Of a DNA stretch of 20,012 nt, positions 16,800 through 20,012 are shown piece by piece. The notes beneath the pieces are model-generated. The model saw only the letters and a program-made list of their open reading frames with translations. It was not told the origin of the DNA and searched no databases. The position numbers and the translations under genes are program-made. The first letter of the stretch is position 1, and each line of letters starts with the position of its first letter. This stretch comes from Planctomycetaceae bacterium (lineage in GTDB: Bacteria; Planctomycetota; Planctomycetia; Planctomycetales; Planctomycetaceae), in assembly GCA_040881995.1 (NCBI GenBank), contig JBBECD010000164.1, forward strand, positions 1-20,012. The letters run 5' to 3'.

Positions 16800-16831
16800 C
16801 GTTTGTCAACTTATGATCGTATTCCGAGTGA

Positions 16832-17449
16832 TTAACGCCGCGGAAATCCCGGCGGCCGATTGCCGATGGGGGGATTATTTCGATTGCGGTCGTGGTCATG
16901 ATCGTGATCGTGGTCGCCATGCCCGTGGCGGGTTTTTACGCCGTAGTCGTCCATCAGGTGATGCAGCGTTTGTTCGCATTCGGCGATCTCGACGTGCAGC
17001 GCGGCACGGGGCGTGTAGCGTGAATCGGGACGCCAGTTTTGTACGTCCGCCTGGAATTCGTGAAACTGCCGGTCGAGTTCATAGAGTTCGTGAGCGACGC
17101 GGTCGTCGAGGCGAGGATGTTGGCCGGCATGTCCGCGGACGATGAAATCGAGCTTCTTCGCCGTTTCCTTAATCGCATACATGTCGCGGTAGACCGACTT
17201 GAAACCGCGGTTGTCGCGATAGTGCCGGTGCATTTCCCAGCAGATGTCGTTCGCTTCGCGGTACAATCGCTTCGCCAACACGTCGACGTGAGAACGTCCG
17301 CCAAACCGGTATTCGTTGGGACCAGCCGGCCCGCGCGGACCCTGCGGCCGAGGCCCTTGAGGCCGCGGTTGAAACTGCGCCGACGCCGAACCGGCGCTCA
17401 GCACCGAGAACGCCGCCAACAAAACAAATGCGAGAATGGGTCGAGACAT
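16832..17449 (-). CDS. Secreted His-rich protein with a C-terminal (His-Asp)n repeat. Putative periplasmic metal-binding protein
   Basis: Excellent RBS AAGGAGGAAG. Signal peptide MSRPILAFVLLAAFSVLSAGSASA-QF. Pro-rich QPRPQGPRPQGPRGPAGP. About 20 His. C-terminus HGHGDHDHDHDHD encoded by tandem gatcgtgatcgtggtc repeats. The ORF extends to 17596, but the signal-peptide ATG is favoured. Confidence 0.7.
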   Translation of the reverse strand: MSRPILAFVLLAAFSVLSAGSASAQFQPRPQGPRPQGPRGPAGPNEYRFGGRSHVDVLAKRLYREANDICWEMHRHYRDNRGFKSVYRDMYAIKETAKKLDFIVRGHAGQHPRLDDRVAHELYELDRQFHEFQADVQNWRPDSRYTPRAALHVEIAECEQTLHHLMDDYGVKTRHGHGDHDHDHDHDRNRNNPPIGNRPPGFPRR

Positions 17450-17510
17450 GGTCTTCCTCCTTGAGATGATGTAGAAACACTTTCCGCGGGTCATTCCTGG
17501 GAACGCGGGG

Positions 17511-17538
17511 ATAGTATCGATGAAACGAAAATGCGTCA
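17511..17538 (-). promoter_or_regulatory. Near-consensus sigma70 promoter TTGACG-N17-TACTAT driving the His-rich gene
   Basis: On the minus strand: ttgacgcattttcgtttcatcgatactat, read directly. The -10 element is ~60 nt upstream of the ATG at 17449. Confidence 0.5.
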
Positions 17539-17647
17539 ATCGGGGTATTTTTTTCGTCTCTGCGTTCCTCCGCGCCCTCGATTTAACGGGATTCAAATCG
17601 ACCCGTTCCCATTTCTCTTCCCCTTGGGCTATCCCACCCAGTCTGTG

Positions 17648-18091
17648 TCAAAGCGCCGTGGGGCTGGCCGAGAGATCGCACAACGGGTGACTGGTGGTCG
17701 GCTCGGCCAAAACTTCCGCGAGCGTGGTTTGCCGGAATGCATCCTCGACCAGGGCCATCGCGTGATCCATGCGTTTGTGCAAAGGGCAAAGTCGAATGCC
17801 GTGCGATTTCAAACCGAGAGGACATTGGCGAATGCGGACAATCGGTTCCACGGAATTGACGACGTCGAGAATGGTCAGTTCGGAGGGTGTTTTCACCAAA
17901 GCGACCCCGCCCCCGACGCCCCGTTTGGAGTGCGCGATCCCGGATCGGCATAAACCCTGAACGACCTTCGAGAGATAAGGTCTCGGCACAAGCGTGGCGA
18001 CGGCGATCTGTTCGGTCGTCCGAGGCGACGGCGCATGCTCGGCAAGATGCACCACCGCGCGCAACGCATATTCGACGGTCTGAGAAAACAT
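17648..18091 (-). CDS. Rrf2-family transcriptional regulator (NsrR-like), paralog of 14373..14801
   Basis: MFSQTVEYALRAVVHLA wHTH. GGGVALVKTP. Same Cys pattern CPLGLKSHGIRLCPLH plus PLCD. Divergent from the globin gene. Confidence 0.85.
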   Translation of the reverse strand: MFSQTVEYALRAVVHLAEHAPSPRTTEQIAVATLVPRPYLSKVVQGLCRSGIAHSKRGVGGGVALVKTPSELTILDVVNSVEPIVRIRQCPLGLKSHGIRLCPLHKRMDHAMALVEDAFRQTTLAEVLAEPTTSHPLCDLSASPTAL

Positions 18092-18146
18092 TAAAAATAT
18101 TCCAAAAAAAAGTTAAACTGGACCTTGACGTCTAATTAACGATCTC

Positions 18147-18169
18147 ATATCCTGTTCGAAATTGGATAT
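18147..18169. promoter_or_regulatory. Candidate operator ATATCC-N11-GGATAT (TTCGAA core) in the divergent Rrf2/globin promoter region
   Basis: Inverted 6-mers read directly. A TTGACG -35-like element lies at 18125-18130. Confidence 0.3.
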
Positions 18170-18226
18170 TCACATCCTATTATCCACGGCCATCCGAGCA
18201 CCGTCAACCGCAAACAGGAGCAGAAC

Positions 18227-18814
18227 ATGATTAAAATCGACGAAAAGCGACTCGAAACCGACCTCGGTTATCGCTTCGACTACCTCATCAAATTCATGGG
18301 ATTCGGCGAAGACGACGTGGCGGCCATCCACGGCGCCGCACCGGCCATTGCCCCGCTCGTCCCGGCCCTGGTCGACGCCGTCTACGAAAAGCTGCATACC
18401 TACGACGCCACCTGGAGGCACTTTCTGCCGCGGCAGTCGGGATACGAAGGAGCCGTGCCGAAAAGCCTCGAAGAGGTCACCCCCGATCACGAGATGATCC
18501 GCTTCCGCAAAGAGCATCTGGCTCGCTACCTGGCGGCGCTGGTCACCAAACCGTACGACGGCAAGATGGTCGGCTATCTCGACATGGTCGGAAAAATTCA
18601 CACGCCGAAAGCAGGATCCACAGAACTCAACGTCCCGCTGGTCCAAATGAATGCCTTGCTCGGTTTTGTGGCCGACGCTTTGACGAATACGATCTTGAGC
18701 CTGGAACTGGAACGAGCCGTCGAAGTCCAAACGCTGCGTGCGTTCAACAAGTTGCTCTGGCTGCAAAACGACCTTATCAACCGCCATTACCAGGACGCCG
18801 CGCTGCTGAGGTGA
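18227..18814 (+). CDS. Single-domain protoglobin-like globin (globin-coupled-sensor type fold)
   Basis: 195 aa. Pattern FDYLIKFMGFGEDDVAAIH...LVDAVYEKLHTY...RKEHLARYLAALVTKPYDGKMVGYLDMVGKIHTPKAG matches protoglobin/GCS globins, including a proximal His in the GxxH motif. RBS AGGAG. Confidence 0.8.
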   Translation: MIKIDEKRLETDLGYRFDYLIKFMGFGEDDVAAIHGAAPAIAPLVPALVDAVYEKLHTYDATWRHFLPRQSGYEGAVPKSLEEVTPDHEMIRFRKEHLARYLAALVTKPYDGKMVGYLDMVGKIHTPKAGSTELNVPLVQMNALLGFVADALTNTILSLELERAVEVQTLRAFNKLLWLQNDLINRHYQDAALLR

Positions 18815-18827
18815 TGTTGATCCAAAA

Positions 18828-18848
18828 CCCTTCTCCCCCCGGGAGAAG
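18828..18848 (+). terminator. GC-rich hairpin CCTTCTCCC-ccc-GGGAGAAGG immediately after the globin stop. Terminator-like but lacks a U-tract
   Basis: 9-bp perfect stem read directly. Confidence 0.35.
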
Positions 18849-19287
18849 GTGGCCGCAGGCCGGATGAGGGTGCCTTTCGACGAAGTGACCGACACCGTCT
18901 GCGAAACTCGCCGTCGTCATCGGCACGATATGACCTGCTCGAACCGCCCCGGCAACCGTTTCCCGATCCGCCGTTCAACCAAGGCATCGCGGCTGAAGTG
19001 ATCAATCAAAAGACAAAAACCCAAAGGCACACTGGCGGAGCCAGTGCCACCCGAAAAAAGACAAGGCCCTTCGCGTCAAGCCCGTTCGACAGTGCCATCC
19101 CCCGTCCCCACGGACATTTGCAGATTTTCGCCGAAATCGGCATTTTTTCGTTGTTTTCTCGTGCGTTCGTGTTAATCTGCAGTGTGAACTCAGTCGGTCG
19201 CACCCCTTGCTTTCTCCTCGGTTGCACCGTCGTTCGTCGGAGGCAGCATACCGGGTGACGACCCCACTTACCGAAAGGGGCCCGAAC

Positions 19288-19992
19288 ATGTCTCGCAGAG
19301 CCACGACCATTCTTGTGCCATTGTTGCTGTCGGTGTTTGCAAGTTCGACCACAGAGGCCTCTCCCCTGTTTTCGATCGGTGAAGGGGGAGAAAAGACCTG
19401 GACCCAGGCTATCGCCGATGGAAATGTGGTGGCCGTCACACCTGGCGGTGCAGTCGGGCCCGGCAGCGGCCTGACCTACTCGGCCAATCAGTTCTACACG
19501 GCGCAGACTGCCGGCAACTTCGAACAATCGCTGGTCACGCTGACACCCGACATTGCTATCTCCGACGGCTCCGAATCACATCAATCGCTCGTCATGTCGT
19601 GGGATCCGCCGGAGGATGATCCCGATCGGCTGGGCGTGGCGGCATGGGATTACGTTTACGACATCGATCCCGACCTCACCAGGACGATGCTCCACTTTTC
19701 GCTGTTTCCGCCGCCGGGCGTGTGGGACTTCTCGCTGGAACTGATCGATGCCGCCGGTCGTTCGCGCGGCTGGTTTGCCAGCGGCCCCGCCCCCGCCTGG
19801 GCCACCTATTGGATCAGCCCCGATATCGCTGCCGTGCAGGGACCGTTTACGATGTTCTTCGACCAGCCCGGCTTCGACATCACCACGGTGGTGGCGATCC
19901 GTCTCGACGAGGCGGGCATGCAAAGCGCGCCATTCCCGGTGGACCCCACATTTAATGGCCTAGTGCTCTGTCAGGCTTTAATCTTGGGGTAG
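19288..19992 (+). CDS. Secreted hypothetical protein (signal peptide, Gly/Pro/Trp-rich), unknown function
   Basis: Signal peptide MSRRATTILVPLLLSVFASSTTEA. RBS AAGGGG. The ORF continues upstream to 19207, but the signal-peptide ATG is favoured. Confidence 0.6.
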   Translation: MSRRATTILVPLLLSVFASSTTEASPLFSIGEGGEKTWTQAIADGNVVAVTPGGAVGPGSGLTYSANQFYTAQTAGNFEQSLVTLTPDIAISDGSESHQSLVMSWDPPEDDPDRLGVAAWDYVYDIDPDLTRTMLHFSLFPPPGVWDFSLELIDAAGRSRGWFASGPAPAWATYWISPDIAAVQGPFTMFFDQPGFDITTVVAIRLDEAGMQSAPFPVDPTFNGLVLCQALILG

Positions 19993-20012
19993 AGTCGCTT
20001 CAGTTTTAGGCG

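Noticed and set aside
16179-16835. 218-aa plus-strand ORF spanning the DUF3365-2 end to the His-rich gene end
   Set aside because: Overlaps the stop of the upstream gene. It crosses two terminator-like hairpins and the better-supported minus-strand 96-aa gene, which has a strong RBS and a clean TM helix.
18170-18895. 241-aa ORF on the minus strand covering the globin gene
   Set aside because: The plus-strand frame has clear protoglobin motifs. The antisense ORF has no recognisable features.

Overview
This 20 kb window looks like high-GC (about 60%) chromosomal DNA from a Planctomycetota-type genome. The main evidence is a prepilin-like DUF1559 (H-X9-DG) protein translationally coupled to a small lipoprotein. 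There are 20 supportable CDSs. Housekeeping genes: a Tat-secreted Gfo/Idh/MocA oxidoreductase, an RluD-like pseudouridine synthase, bifunctional RibBA, and soluble transhydrogenase SthA. Accessory content: a low-GC islet with two YcxB-like membrane paralogs flanking a micro-membrane protein, an orphan zinc-ribbon gene with its own terminator, and two tandem paralogous SPFH/band-7 (flotillin-like) membrane proteins. The most system-like region is 14.3-18.8 kb. It holds two paralogous Rrf2-family (NsrR/IscR-like) regulators with an unusual cysteine spacing. One heads an operon of two secreted CXXCH c-type-heme proteins (DUF3365/Tll0287-like). The other is divergent from a single-domain protoglobin-like globin and upstream of a secreted His-rich protein ending in an (HD)n tail that has its own strong promoter. 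Together these look like a candidate heme-based NO/redox sensing and response island. Non-coding structure that the genes do not explain: two dispersed REP-like repeat families; a 140-bp palindromic array of GAATGWCGAA decamers between the SPFH operon and ribBA; six GGCCC-N3-4-GGGCC mini-hairpins in the long divergent SPFH/sthA intergenic region; a 160-bp MITE-like inverted repeat upstream of the Rrf2 operon; and a palindromic operator embedded in a near-consensus sigma70 promoter. No rRNA, tRNA or CRISPR array was found.
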